From Xanthomarina sp. (GTDB lineage: Bacteria; Bacteroidota; Bacteroidia; Flavobacteriales; Flavobacteriaceae), in the NCBI GenBank assembly GCA_035306605.1, contig DATGNR010000033.1: 64,000 nt of DNA; one strand, given 5' to 3'. Each line of letters opens with the position of its first letter. The stretch's first letter is position 1. A model generated the notes under the pieces. That model ran no database searches, was not told where the DNA came from, and saw only the letters and a list, made by a program, of their open reading frames with translations. A program made the position numbers and the translations under genes. Below are positions 41,991-52,467 of this stretch, piece after piece.

Positions 41991-43682
41991 ATGCCGAAAT
42001 CTCATTTACTTAGCATTAAAAATATTTCTATTTCTTTCCTATCTAATAAGATAGAGAAAGAAATAATCCGTGATATTTCCTTTCATCTAAATTCCAATGA
42101 AATACTTGGCATAGTTGGGGAGTCTGGATCAGGAAAATCAGTATCTTCCCTAGCCATACTTGGCTTGCTTCCTAAACGTATTTCAAAAATAACCCAAGGA
42201 AGCATTTTGTTTGAAGGCCAGGATTTAACCAAAATAACATCCAAAGAATTTCAGAACATTAGAGGTAACGAGATTGCCATGATATTTCAAGAACCTATGA
42301 GTTCTTTAAACCCTTCCATGACTTGTGGCAAACAGGTACAGGAAATTATATTACAACACATAAATCTTTCTAAAAAACAAGCTCAAACAGAAACTTTAGA
42401 GCTTTTTGAAAAAGTAAAACTCCCAAACCCTAATCGGGTTTATAAGGCCTATCCGCATGAAATTTCAGGAGGACAAAAGCAACGGGTAATGATTGCCATG
42501 GCTATAGCTTGTAAACCTAAAATACTAATTGCAGATGAACCTACCACTGCTTTAGATGTAACTGTTCAAAAAGAAATTATTCTTCTTTTAAAGCAGTTGC
42601 AAGCTGAACAGAATATGAGCATTATTTTCATTTCCCATGATTTATCTATCGTATCTGAAATTTCAGATAGAATTTTGGTGATGTACCAAGGAGATATCGT
42701 GGAACAGGGGCCCGTGGAACAAATTTTTAAAAATCCGGAACACACGTATACAAAAGCTTTGATCAACTCTAAACCCTCTTTAGACGTAAGATTAAAAAGA
42801 CTGCCCACTATCAAGGATTTTATGAATAAAACGACGGATAGAAGCATTGTTTCCAATGAAGATAGAAAAGAGTTTCACGATAATATTTATTCTAAAGCAC
42901 CATTATTAGAAGTTATTAATTTAGAAAAAACCTATATCTCAAAATCTGGTTGGTTTTCTAAAGCAGAAAGCTTTAAAGCTGTAAATCAAGTAAGTTTTAA
43001 GTTATATGAAGGAGAAACCCTAGGTTTAGTTGGCGAATCTGGTTGCGGAAAATCGACACTAGCAAATGCCATTCTACTTCTTGACCAAGCTACCTCTGGC
43101 TCCATTTTATATGAAGGAAAGGATATCACCAAACTATCTAAAAGCGACACCAGGAAGCTACGTAAAGACATTCAAATTATTTTTCAAGATCCTTACGCTT
43201 CTTTAAACCCGCGCATTCCAGTTGGAAGAGCTATTATGGAACCTATGAAAGTTCACGGAATTGGAGCTTCCGATAAAGAAAGAAAAGAATTGGTTTTAGA
43301 TTTACTAGAAAAAGTTGGCCTAGACAACTCGTTTTTTAACAGGTATCCACATGAGTTTTCTGGGGGTCAAAGACAACGAATTGGAATTGCAAGGGCTATT
43401 TCTTTACAGCCTAAATTAATTATTTGCGATGAATCCGTTTCAGCTTTAGATATTTCGGTGCAAGCACAAGTACTTAATCTACTAAATGATTTAAAAGAGA
43501 ATTTTGAATTTACTTATATTTTTATTTCACACGACTTAGCTGTTGTAAAATATATGTCCGATCAATTGATTGTAATGAATCAAGGACAAATTGAAGAAAT
43601 GGATGATGCAGATATTATCTATAATAGTCCGAAGAAAGACTATACTAAAAAATTAATTCATGCTATCCCAAAGGGATTATAG
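41991..43682 (+). CDS. Peptide/nickel-type ABC transporter ATP-binding protein, two fused NBDs
   Basis: GESGSGKS and GESGCGKS; YPHEISGGQ and YPHEFSGGQ. Confidence 0.93.
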   Translation: MPKSHLLSIKNISISFLSNKIEKEIIRDISFHLNSNEILGIVGESGSGKSVSSLAILGLLPKRISKITQGSILFEGQDLTKITSKEFQNIRGNEIAMIFQEPMSSLNPSMTCGKQVQEIILQHINLSKKQAQTETLELFEKVKLPNPNRVYKAYPHEISGGQKQRVMIAMAIACKPKILIADEPTTALDVTVQKEIILLLKQLQAEQNMSIIFISHDLSIVSEISDRILVMYQGDIVEQGPVEQIFKNPEHTYTKALINSKPSLDVRLKRLPTIKDFMNKTTDRSIVSNEDRKEFHDNIYSKAPLLEVINLEKTYISKSGWFSKAESFKAVNQVSFKLYEGETLGLVGESGCGKSTLANAILLLDQATSGSILYEGKDITKLSKSDTRKLRKDIQIIFQDPYASLNPRIPVGRAIMEPMKVHGIGASDKERKELVLDLLEKVGLDNSFFNRYPHEFSGGQRQRIGIARAISLQPKLIICDESVSALDISVQAQVLNLLNDLKENFEFTYIFISHDLAVVKYMSDQLIVMNQGQIEEMDDADIIYNSPKKDYTKKLIHAIPKGL

Positions 43683-43805
43683 CATGAATATCTTTTTAGT
43701 TAAATACATTAAACTTTTAATAAAGCGTCCAGTATTTTGCACACTAGAGTAAAGTTTACTCTCGTAATTTGTAGGTTGTTCAGGTAGATTTGGGGCAAAA
43801 TTCAT
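43677..43805 (-). CDS. Putative small protein, 42 aa (not in ORF track)
   Basis: [42 protein letters not shown]; A/T-rich leader before ATG; stop codon lies within the last codons of the ABC ATPase gene. Confidence 0.5.
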   Translation of the reverse strand: MNFAPNLPEQPTNYESKLYSSVQNTGRFIKSLMYLTKKIFML

Positions 43806-43930
43806 AATAATTAAATTTTTGGTAGATTTGGGATCTACTCTCTTTTAATCTTGAATTTATAATAGATTTGGGGCAAATTATAAATTCAAGATTTCCAAGA
43901 GTTAGGTTAATTAGTTACTTTGATTTGGTT
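43783..43930 (-). ncRNA. Putative structured RNA or leader with repeated CCCAAAUCUA motif in hairpins
   Basis: TAGATTTGGG at 43785, 43823 and 43863; 17-bp perfect stem 43847-43863/43877-43893; 6-bp stem 43822-43838. Strand inferred. Confidence 0.4.
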
Positions 43931-44065
43931 TCGCTAATATCATAAAATTTTTAACATATTTAGTCTAAATGCATAATAAATCGTTGAAATGCACTAAATT
44001 TTAACATTTTAAATATAATAATGCGTTTTTACCTACAAAAACTAAAAAGCAGTCTATAACATAAA

Positions 44066-44123
44066 AACCAAAAAGCCACAATTCTACAAATATTTGAATT
44101 TAAATATTTATCGAATTGCGGCT
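44066..44123 (-). terminator. Long hairpin, probable terminator for scoB
   Basis: AGCCaCAATTC..AAATATTT..AAATATTT..GAATTGcGGCT with flanking A-tract. Confidence 0.55.
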
Positions 44124-44165
44124 CATTTTTTATGTAAAAAAATCCTGATGCTACACTTGAATCTT

Positions 44166-44819
44166 TTAAATGCTCATTTCTGGGATCTCTCCTTCAACAA
44201 TTAAATTTCCCTCTGTCGCTTTTTGAATATCTTCTACAGAAATACCTGGAGCTCGTTCTAATAACTTAAAGCCTTTATCGGTTACTTCAAGAACAGCTAA
44301 ATTAGTTACAATCTTTTTAACACAACCCACTCCTGTTAATGGCAGACTACATTTTTTGAGTAATTTAGACTCACCTGCTTTATTGGTATGCATCATGGCT
44401 ACTATAATATTTTCGGCACTAGAAACCAAATCCATAGCACCTCCCATACCTTTTACCATTTTTCCTGGAATTTTCCAGTTAGCAATATCTCCATTCTCTG
44501 AAACCTCCATCGCTCCTAGAATGGTTAGGTGGACATGTTGTCCACGAATCATAGAAAAACTCATAGCCGAATCGAAAAAACTAGCTCCTGGTAAAGCGGT
44601 AATGGTTTGTTTTCCAGCATTAATAAGATCAGCATCTTCCTCACCTTCAAACGGAAAAGGTCCCATACCTAAAATTCCATTTTCACTTTGAAATTCAACT
44701 TCAATATCTTCTCTTACGTAATTCGCTACCAAAGTTGGAATACCAATTCCTAGGTTAACGTAATAGCCATCCTTTACTTCTTTTGCTATGCGTTTAGCAA
44801 TTCCTATTTTATCTAACAT
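44166..44819 (-). CDS. scoB: 3-oxoacid CoA-transferase subunit B
   Basis: [23 protein letters not shown]. Confidence 0.93.
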   Translation of the reverse strand: MLDKIGIAKRIAKEVKDGYYVNLGIGIPTLVANYVREDIEVEFQSENGILGMGPFPFEGEEDADLINAGKQTITALPGASFFDSAMSFSMIRGQHVHLTILGAMEVSENGDIANWKIPGKMVKGMGGAMDLVSSAENIIVAMMHTNKAGESKLLKKCSLPLTGVGCVKKIVTNLAVLEVTDKGFKLLERAPGISVEDIQKATEGNLIVEGEIPEMSI

Positions 44820-44931
44820 TTTTTTTTGGTTTAAAGTGTCTAGAGTTATGACTGCCTAGAGTATCATTTTAATACATGCAAAAACCTCAACTTTAGTTCA
44901 GCTTAAGTATTCATAACTTTTAACTTAGTTT

Positions 44932-45633
44932 TTAATCTCGAGTTCTTACTGTAAGTTGTTCTATACGTTTTTCATAAGCTTCCCCTTGAAAAATACGTTG
45001 CACAAAAATACCTGGAATATGAATTTGATTTGGATCTAAACTTCCAGCTGGAACTAATTCCTCTACCTCAGCAACCGTAATTTTTGCAGAACCACACATA
45101 GCAGGGTTAAAATTCCTAGCGGTTCCTTTAAAAATTAAATTTCCTGCGGTATCGCCTTTCCATGCTTTTACAAAAGCAAAATCAGCTTTAAAAGCATGTT
45201 CCAAAATGTACATTTTCCCATTAAATTCACGAACTTCTTTGCCCTCAGCTACTTCAGTTCCATAACCTGCTGGTGTATAAAACGCCGGAAAACCGGATTG
45301 CGCAGCACGACAACGTTCCACTAAAGTTCCTTGAGGCACAAGCTCTACGTCCAATTCACCACTTAGCATTTGGCGTTCAAACTCTGCGTTTTCGCCTACA
45401 TAAGACGAGATCATTTTTTTTATTTGTTTTTTATGAAGTAGTAAGCCCAAACCAAAATCGTCTACACCTGCATTATTTGAAATACAGGTCAAGCCTTTTA
45501 AGTTTAATTTTACAAGCTCGCTAATGCTATTTTCTGGGATTCCACATAGCCCGAAGCCACCAAGCATAAAGGTCATATTATCTGAAACACCCTTAAGTGC
45601 TTCTTGAACATTTGCTACTTTTTTATTAATCAT
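44932..45633 (-). CDS. scoA: 3-oxoacid CoA-transferase subunit A
   Basis: [25 protein letters not shown]. Confidence 0.93.
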   Translation of the reverse strand: MINKKVANVQEALKGVSDNMTFMLGGFGLCGIPENSISELVKLNLKGLTCISNNAGVDDFGLGLLLHKKQIKKMISSYVGENAEFERQMLSGELDVELVPQGTLVERCRAAQSGFPAFYTPAGYGTEVAEGKEVREFNGKMYILEHAFKADFAFVKAWKGDTAGNLIFKGTARNFNPAMCGSAKITVAEVEELVPAGSLDPNQIHIPGIFVQRIFQGEAYEKRIEQLTVRTRD

Positions 45634-45669
45634 GTTACTGTAATTTTTTGTAGTGGAAAAATACGAAAT

Positions 45670-45696
45670 AAAAAAGCCATTCTAAAAAGAATGGCT
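45670..45696 (-). terminator. Terminator after PBP1A
   Basis: AGCCATTCT-aaaa-AGAATGGCT with A-tract on the left. Confidence 0.65.
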
Positions 45697-45727
45697 AAAT
45701 TAATATGCTACGGATTTTTGAAAAAAT

Positions 45728-48064
45728 CTAAAAATCCAATTCATCAGGTATTTCATTCTCTGGTGTAGAACCACCTGAATTTCCATCAGGATTATATTTT
45801 GAACAATCTACTTCTATTGAAAGGTCTACTGGTCTTTCAAAATCTGAAGTCGACACATCTAAATTTTTATCTTCGATACAGCTTTTCATATAAACTCCCC
45901 AAATTGGTAATGCCATAGATGCTCCTTGACCATAAGTTATGCTTCTAAAATGTGCTGCTCTATCTTCGGCTCCAACCCAAACTCCAGTTACTAAATTTGG
46001 TACCATTCCCATGAACCAACCATCACTTTGGTTTTGTGTTGTACCGGTTTTACCTGCTATAGGGTTTGTAAAAGCATACGGGTAACCTGTCATTATTTCT
46101 TTGTAAACCCCACTACTTGGCATCCAAGTACGTCTTAGTCTAGCTCCAGAACCTCCTTCGGTTACACCTTCCATTAACTTAACAGTAACGAAAGCCGCTT
46201 CTGCGCTTAAAACATCTCTAGTTTCTGGGGTGAATTGATATAAAATAGTCCCATTTTTATCTTCTATATGTGTTACCATAACTGGTTTGGTATAAACACC
46301 TTGATTAGCAAAGGCAGAATAAGCACCAACCATTTCATACACGCTTAAATCGGCCGATCCTAAAGCAATAGAAGGCACAACAGGAATATCTGCTTCCACA
46401 CCTAACTTTTTAACTAAATCGACAACAGGTTGTGGGCCAACTTTATCCATTAACCTAGCTGTAATGGTATTTATAGAATTTGCCAATGCGCTTTTTAAAG
46501 TTCGTGAACCACCATAAGAACCATCAGAATTTTTAGGAGTCCACGGTTCTGGATTTCCAAATTTTCCAGCCTCTATGGTTATTTGTGTATTTGGAAGCTC
46601 ATCGCAAGGAGATAAATGCAATTGATCTATAGCTGTTGCGTAAACAAAAGGTTTAAATGTAGATCCAACTTGTCGCCTAGCTTGCTTAACGTGATCGTAT
46701 TGAAAATGTCTGTAATTCATTCCACCAACCCAAGCTTTTACATGTCCGGTTTGCGGATCCATAGACATCATTCCTGGGTGTAAGAACGACTTGTAGTAAC
46801 GCATGGAGTCCATAGGTTTCATTATGGTATCTATTTCACCTTTCCATGAAAAAATACTCATTTGCGTTGGTTCGTTAAAAGAGGCGATAATTTCATCGTC
46901 ACTTTTATCTAAATCGTACTTCATATGTCTCCAACGCTCGCTTTGTCTCATAGAACGATTCATAAGTGCATCAATATCACTTTTGCTCAATTCTAAAAAT
47001 GGTGCCGTTGGATTTCTATCTGGTGTATTTTGTTTATCAAATTCTGCTTGAAGTCTAGGCATATGTTGAGCTACCGCATCTTCAGCATATTTTTGCATTC
47101 TAGAATCAATGGTCGTATAAACCTTCAAGCCATCGCCATATAGGTTGTATTTTTCACCATCTGGTTTTGGATTGTTTCTTATCCAATCCTTCATAAAACC
47201 ATCAAGATACGCTCTAAAGTAAGTAGCAATTCCATCGCGATGTGATTGTGGTGTATAACGTAAATCCAATTCTGTTTTTTGAAGTGAATCCTTCACAGCT
47301 TCAGAAATATAATTATACTTCTCCATTTGACTTAAAACCACATTTCGTCTGTTTCGGGTACCAACTGGATTTCGGTGTTCTCTCGGGTTGTAAAGTGAGG
47401 AGTTTTTAAACATTCCTACTAACATAGCCGATTCTTTAATATCTAAATCTTTAGGTTCTTTATCGAAATAAATACTAGCTGCAGAACGGATACCGTCTCC
47501 ATTATTACCAAAATCGTAGATATTAAAATACATGGCAATAATTTCTTCTTTGGTATATTGACGTTCTAAACGAGTTGCAATAACCCACTCCTTTATTTTT
47601 TGGGTATACTTATCCCAACCTTTAGATCTAACTCCAACAAATAATTGACGTGCTAACTGTTGAGAGATGGTACTAGCACCTCCTTTTTTTCCCATGAAAA
47701 AGATAGCTCTTAAAGTTCCTCGTGCATCAATACCAGAGTGGTCGTGAAAACGGGCATCTTCTGTTGCTATAAGAGCATCTACCAAGTGTTTTGGTAAATC
47801 ATCGTAATCTACAGGTGTTCTATTATCGTTAAAATAAAATTTACCTAAAGTCTTTCCGTCGGAAGAAATGATTTCAGTTGCTAAATTTGTTTTAGGGTTT
47901 TCTAATTGAGTATAATCTGGAAGCTCACCAAACACGCCCCAAGACGCTAATAAAAATACTAGTACAACAAATAAAATACCTGCAATAAAAAGTTTCCAAA
48001 ACCAGCGAACATAGCTTGAAAAATCTTGAGTTTTTTCTGATTGTTTCTTTTTTTCTTTAGCCAT
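45728..48064 (-). CDS. Class A penicillin-binding protein 1A (transglycosylase-transpeptidase)
   Basis: EDARF, GASTISQQL, GSTFKP (SxxK), SIN, GKTGT. Confidence 0.95.
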   Translation of the reverse strand: MAKEKKKQSEKTQDFSSYVRWFWKLFIAGILFVVLVFLLASWGVFGELPDYTQLENPKTNLATEIISSDGKTLGKFYFNDNRTPVDYDDLPKHLVDALIATEDARFHDHSGIDARGTLRAIFFMGKKGGASTISQQLARQLFVGVRSKGWDKYTQKIKEWVIATRLERQYTKEEIIAMYFNIYDFGNNGDGIRSAASIYFDKEPKDLDIKESAMLVGMFKNSSLYNPREHRNPVGTRNRRNVVLSQMEKYNYISEAVKDSLQKTELDLRYTPQSHRDGIATYFRAYLDGFMKDWIRNNPKPDGEKYNLYGDGLKVYTTIDSRMQKYAEDAVAQHMPRLQAEFDKQNTPDRNPTAPFLELSKSDIDALMNRSMRQSERWRHMKYDLDKSDDEIIASFNEPTQMSIFSWKGEIDTIMKPMDSMRYYKSFLHPGMMSMDPQTGHVKAWVGGMNYRHFQYDHVKQARRQVGSTFKPFVYATAIDQLHLSPCDELPNTQITIEAGKFGNPEPWTPKNSDGSYGGSRTLKSALANSINTITARLMDKVGPQPVVDLVKKLGVEADIPVVPSIALGSADLSVYEMVGAYSAFANQGVYTKPVMVTHIEDKNGTILYQFTPETRDVLSAEAAFVTVKLMEGVTEGGSGARLRRTWMPSSGVYKEIMTGYPYAFTNPIAGKTGTTQNQSDGWFMGMVPNLVTGVWVGAEDRAAHFRSITYGQGASMALPIWGVYMKSCIEDKNLDVSTSDFERPVDLSIEVDCSKYNPDGNSGGSTPENEIPDELDF

Positions 48065-48117
48065 ATATATTAAATAACTTAAGATTAAACGTCCTTAAGT
48101 TTAAAAAATTATCTTAA

Positions 48118-48600
48118 TTACTTTTGAATTCTTTCAATACGAAATCCAACATCTGTGATTCCCTCTAAATTAACAACGCCTTTTTCTTTTCCATTTTCTC
48201 TCATGGCTTGTTGAATGTTCACAATATAATCTCCAGATTCATTAAAAATCACTTGCTCCTTATACCACAACTTATTTTCTTTTATATCGGCAAATCCTGT
48301 ACCTAAAAACTCACCACTTGGCTTTGCCATTTTATACTCTAAGGTATCTTTTAAAGTTTTTCCATGTGGGAATTTCATCTCCACAATTAAAAAGAGATTG
48401 TTGTATTTATATTCGTTATTGTTTCTAAGGTTTACAAATAGATTATACGGATTTAAAGTGTCTGGCGGATTGATCTTAAAGCTTACTATAGAATCTTTAT
48501 GCCATTTATTGGGCACCGATTTATAAGTATCGTAAACACTTTTAGAATCGCAAGATGCAATAAGTAAGGCCACAAGAATGAACAAGGCACTATTTCGCAT
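48118..48600 (-). CDS. gldH: Gliding motility lipoprotein GldH
   Basis: Lipobox IASC; YxYNNLFL, DTLEY, GxFLGxG, QAMR, DVGFRIE. Confidence 0.88.
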   Translation of the reverse strand: MRNSALFILVALLIASCDSKSVYDTYKSVPNKWHKDSIVSFKINPPDTLNPYNLFVNLRNNNEYKYNNLFLIVEMKFPHGKTLKDTLEYKMAKPSGEFLGTGFADIKENKLWYKEQVIFNESGDYIVNIQQAMRENGKEKGVVNLEGITDVGFRIERIQK

Positions 48601-49768
48601 TTTTACTATTATTTTGAGGTTTTCTCCTTTTTTTAGATTTATTTCTATTGTTTCTTTTGTTTTTCTTAGCAGGTCCTTTCGTATCGAAACGAGTTAAACT
48701 ATCTTGTCCTACTACGTTTTCAAATTCATTTTTAGTTTCTTGAATAAGTTCTGAAGCATATTCCTCCAAACTAGCTACTTTCACTTTCTTCTTATTCAGC
48801 TCTAATATTTCTTTGGCTTGATCTTTTGTAATTACATGCCAATTACTCCATTCGCCTTCATAAGCATACCATAAATGGCCTTTAAAAATATCGGATTTTT
48901 GATAAACTGCAACACCTTTTTCTGTTATTAGCTTAACATCGGTTCTAGGGAAATCTTTAAGTGCATCTAAATAGGTATCCAATTCGTAATTTAAACAACA
49001 TTTTAATTTTCCACATTGTCCGGCCAATTTTTGAGGATTCAAAGATAGTTGTTGATAACGCGCGGCAGATGTACTAACCGAACGGAAATCTGTTAACCAA
49101 GTGGAACAACATAATTCTCTTCCGCATGATCCAATTCCTCCAAGTCTAGAAGCTTCTTGACGAAAGCCAACTTGCTTCATTTCGATTCGGGTTTTAAATT
49201 CTTTAGCAAACATTTTAATAAGCTCTCTAAAATCTACACGATCTTCAGCTGTATAGTAAAATGTGGCTTTACTACCATCACCTTGAAATTCGATATCAGA
49301 AATTTTCATTTGCAATTTAATCTCAATTGCAAATTGGCGAGCTTTCACCTTCATTGGTTCTTCTTTGTCTCTATATTCAGACCAAATATCAATGTCTTTT
49401 TGTGATGCTTTTCGATATATTTTGAAGACTTCGTCACCTGTTTCAGAAACCTTTTTACGCTTCATTTGGATTCTAACCAATTCTCCCGTAAGGGTTACAA
49501 CACCAACATCATGACCAAATTGTGCTTGTGTAGCAACTACATCTCCAATGCTTAGAGTTAGTTTTTCTGTATTTTTATAATAATGTTTTCTGCCGTTTTT
49601 AAAACGTACTTCTACCCAGTCAAAAGGTTCTTGACCATCTGGAAGTGACATATTGGCCAACCAATCGAATACGGTTAGTTTATTGCAGCTATCTGTGCCA
49701 CAAGTGCCATTGTTCTTACATCCTTTGGGTTGACCGTCTTTTCCAGTTGAACAACTGTTACAAACCAT
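48590..49768 (-). CDS. ricT: PSP1-domain / RicT (YaaT) family Fe-S protein
   Basis: RVDFRELIK, GSCGRELCC, GQCGKLKCCLNYE; ATG at 49768 preferred over 49801. Confidence 0.88.
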   Translation of the reverse strand: MVCNSCSTGKDGQPKGCKNNGTCGTDSCNKLTVFDWLANMSLPDGQEPFDWVEVRFKNGRKHYYKNTEKLTLSIGDVVATQAQFGHDVGVVTLTGELVRIQMKRKKVSETGDEVFKIYRKASQKDIDIWSEYRDKEEPMKVKARQFAIEIKLQMKISDIEFQGDGSKATFYYTAEDRVDFRELIKMFAKEFKTRIEMKQVGFRQEASRLGGIGSCGRELCCSTWLTDFRSVSTSAARYQQLSLNPQKLAGQCGKLKCCLNYELDTYLDALKDFPRTDVKLITEKGVAVYQKSDIFKGHLWYAYEGEWSNWHVITKDQAKEILELNKKKVKVASLEEYASELIQETKNEFENVVGQDSLTRFDTKGPAKKNKRNNRNKSKKRRKPQNNSKNAK

Positions 49769-50043
49769 AAAATTTTTGTATATATTGATTCTGAAAACCA
49801 AAAGTTTTTCAGAAGGAGATTAATAATCCTTTTCAAGATGTAAAGATAAGATTATTTATTAAGTTTAAATACATATCGTTTCGCTTGCTTTTGCAAAACA
49901 ACACTTAGCACAAGTTGTTGCCTTACAGTATTTTAAATAATTTATTTTGAAATTTACTGGTTTTAAATTGAAAATTTTATCATTTCAATGCTCACATTTT
50001 TATGTTTTTACGATTATCAATTAAATCACTAAAACAAATAATT

Positions 50044-51459
50044 ATGAGACCCTACTTTACATTAGCTCTTTTTGTTGTTGCAATTATAGCACCCTCAGTG
50101 TTTGCTCGAGCTCAAGATTTCAACTCAGTAATGACAAGTGCTGAATACAAATTTAATGAAGAAAAAATACCCTGTTTAACCGAAGAACACAGGGAGAGCA
50201 TTAAGATTGAAACAACTAATAATATAGAAAAATTAAGGCTTCAAAATAAATTAGCTTTTAACAACAGTCATTGGCGTGACAGTCACCCTGAATTTATTTG
50301 GCCAGTACAACAAGCTGCCGGTTTTAACTACAACAATACTTGGTCCATTTCTGGCTATGTCGATCATAATTCAGCCTATCCTAACCAGTTAACAGATTAT
50401 AATTGCGGCAATAGAACGTACGATTCATCAAGTGGATACAACCATCAAGGTGTTGATATCTATTTATGGCCTTTTATATGGAAACAAATGGACGAGGGTC
50501 AAACTGAAATTATTGCGGCTGCTCCTGGCCAAATAATTGCTAAACACGACGGGGAATTTGATAGAAGCTGTAGCTTTAATAATAATATTTGGAATGCTGT
50601 TTATATTCAGCACAATGATGGTAGTATAGCTTGGTATGGACATATGAAAAATGGCTCTGTAACCACTAAAAATGTAGGAGACATGGTAACTTTAGGCGAG
50701 GTAATAGGAACGGTTGGGAGTTCAGGAAATTCAACAGGACCACATTTACATTTTGAAGTTTACACCGATAACTCCTACACGCAATTAGTAGATCCATTTT
50801 CAGGCACTTGTAATAATATGAATACAGTTAGTTGGTGGGAATCCCAAATTCCATATAACGATTCTGGAATTAGCGCCATGTTAACACATCATAGTCCACC
50901 AGATATTTTTCCTACCTGTCCAACTACTGAAACTCCAAACACAAGTGATGTTTTTGGTACCGACGATACCATCTATTTTGCTGCTTACTTTAAAGATCAA
51001 GTAGCGGGTGATAATATACATTTATCTATTATTAAGCCTGACAATTCTTATCTTTACGATTGGGATATTACTGTTCAAACTACTGCTTCTTCATGGTATT
51101 ATTACTGGTATTTTTATGGGGTATACGATCAAGAAGGCGAATGGAAATGGCAGGCAACTTATGCTGGTGAAACTGTAACCCACACCTTTCATGTAGGTGC
51201 TTTAAGTGTTAATGAAGAGGTGTTAAATACAACAGCCATTTATCCAAATCCTACAACAGATAATGTTTCTATAAGAACTACAACAAATTTAGAGTCCGCT
51301 TCTCTTTATGACCTTAGTGGGAAATTGATAAAATTTATACGATTTAACGAAGCGAGCTCCTATAATGTAGATCTTTTCAATATTTCAAAAGGCATGTATT
51401 TTCTAAAGATTACATCAGCTGATGGGGAACAAGAGAGTTTTAAACTAGTCAAACAATAA
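50044..51459 (+). CDS. M23 peptidase domain protein with T9SS sorting domain
   Basis: HQGVD, YGHM, GNSTGPHLHFEV; C-terminal YPNP..GMYFLK; ATG at 50044 gives a signal peptide. Confidence 0.9.
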   Translation: MRPYFTLALFVVAIIAPSVFARAQDFNSVMTSAEYKFNEEKIPCLTEEHRESIKIETTNNIEKLRLQNKLAFNNSHWRDSHPEFIWPVQQAAGFNYNNTWSISGYVDHNSAYPNQLTDYNCGNRTYDSSSGYNHQGVDIYLWPFIWKQMDEGQTEIIAAAPGQIIAKHDGEFDRSCSFNNNIWNAVYIQHNDGSIAWYGHMKNGSVTTKNVGDMVTLGEVIGTVGSSGNSTGPHLHFEVYTDNSYTQLVDPFSGTCNNMNTVSWWESQIPYNDSGISAMLTHHSPPDIFPTCPTTETPNTSDVFGTDDTIYFAAYFKDQVAGDNIHLSIIKPDNSYLYDWDITVQTTASSWYYYWYFYGVYDQEGEWKWQATYAGETVTHTFHVGALSVNEEVLNTTAIYPNPTTDNVSIRTTTNLESASLYDLSGKLIKFIRFNEASSYNVDLFNISKGMYFLKITSADGEQESFKLVKQ

Positions 51460-51462
51460 CAT

Positions 51463-52467
51463 TTAATTAAATTCAATCTCGTAATTAAGTCTGTTTGCTA
51501 AAGAGTTTAGCTCTTTTTCAGATTTAAAAATATTAGACCATAACAACTTGCTCCACCCTATTTTACTAGAGTACGTATTAAAACTTTCGTTTTTCCAATC
51601 AAAACCATCGCGCCAGAATTTTTGAGGAGAAATATAACAAAAGGTATAATCAAAAATTAAACTGGAAGCATTGGCGCTTTTATTTTTAGGAATGGCATTA
51701 GGAGCCATTAAAATGATATGATTTTCTTTACACTGACTCCTAATCCCTTCTATTAATTGTGGATAATCATCTCGAATACTATCTAAATCAAAATCGTTGT
51801 ACTCGGTATTTCCAATTTTTTGAATCGGTCGAATTTGAAGAATGTCGAAGCTTTTACCATTAAAATGCTTAAAAAAGTCAGCTAACTCATAGAAGTTATC
51901 CTTATTAAAGGTGTAGTTAATCCTTACCTTAAAATGGTATTTCTCTTTTAATTTTTCGAATGCATTAAAAGCATTATGAAATTTTTCATAACTAGCCTTT
52001 TGCATAAAACTTTCATAGCTTTCTTTATGTACCCCATGAAGGGAAATGGTAAACTCGTCTAGTCCTGCTTTTAAAAGCGCTTCAATTTTTTCTTCATCCA
52101 ACAAATTAGCATTGGTTGTAATAGAAATATATGGCACGTCGTAGGCTTTTCCTAATTCTACAACTTTTACTAAATCTTTATATAGAGTTGGCTCGGTTCC
52201 ACAACCAATTTGAAGTTTTAAAGCACGCTTAAAAATGGTTTTTGCTACCTTCTCTAATTCCTCGTCTTTAAATTGTCCTTTTAAAGTTTTTACATAATCG
52301 GCATCGGTAAAATAACACATTTTACAGCGTAAATTACAGGCCATAACAGGATCTAAATTGACTGCTAAATACCGTTGATTAAACTTATGCAACAAATAGA
52401 GCCCCAGGAATTTAATCCTATGGCTTTTTATTTTTCTATTTAGTTGCAAAAGTTTATATATGTTCAT
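51463..52467 (-). CDS. Radical SAM protein
   Basis: CNLRCKMC (CxxxCxxC), GTEPTL, TTNA. Confidence 0.88.
   Translation of the reverse strand: MNIYKLLQLNRKIKSHRIKFLGLYLLHKFNQRYLAVNLDPVMACNLRCKMCYFTDADYVKTLKGQFKDEELEKVAKTIFKRALKLQIGCGTEPTLYKDLVKVVELGKAYDVPYISITTNANLLDEEKIEALLKAGLDEFTISLHGVHKESYESFMQKASYEKFHNAFNAFEKLKEKYHFKVRINYTFNKDNFYELADFFKHFNGKSFDILQIRPIQKIGNTEYNDFDLDSIRDDYPQLIEGIRSQCKENHIILMAPNAIPKNKSANASSLIFDYTFCYISPQKFWRDGFDWKNESFNTYSSKIGWSKLLWSNIFKSEKELNSLANRLNYEIEFN

Noticed and set aside
43783-43893. Possible mini CRISPR array (repeats every ~39 nt)
   Set aside because: Repeats are only 10-15 nt with three copies, the intervening sequences form the stems, and no cas genes are present
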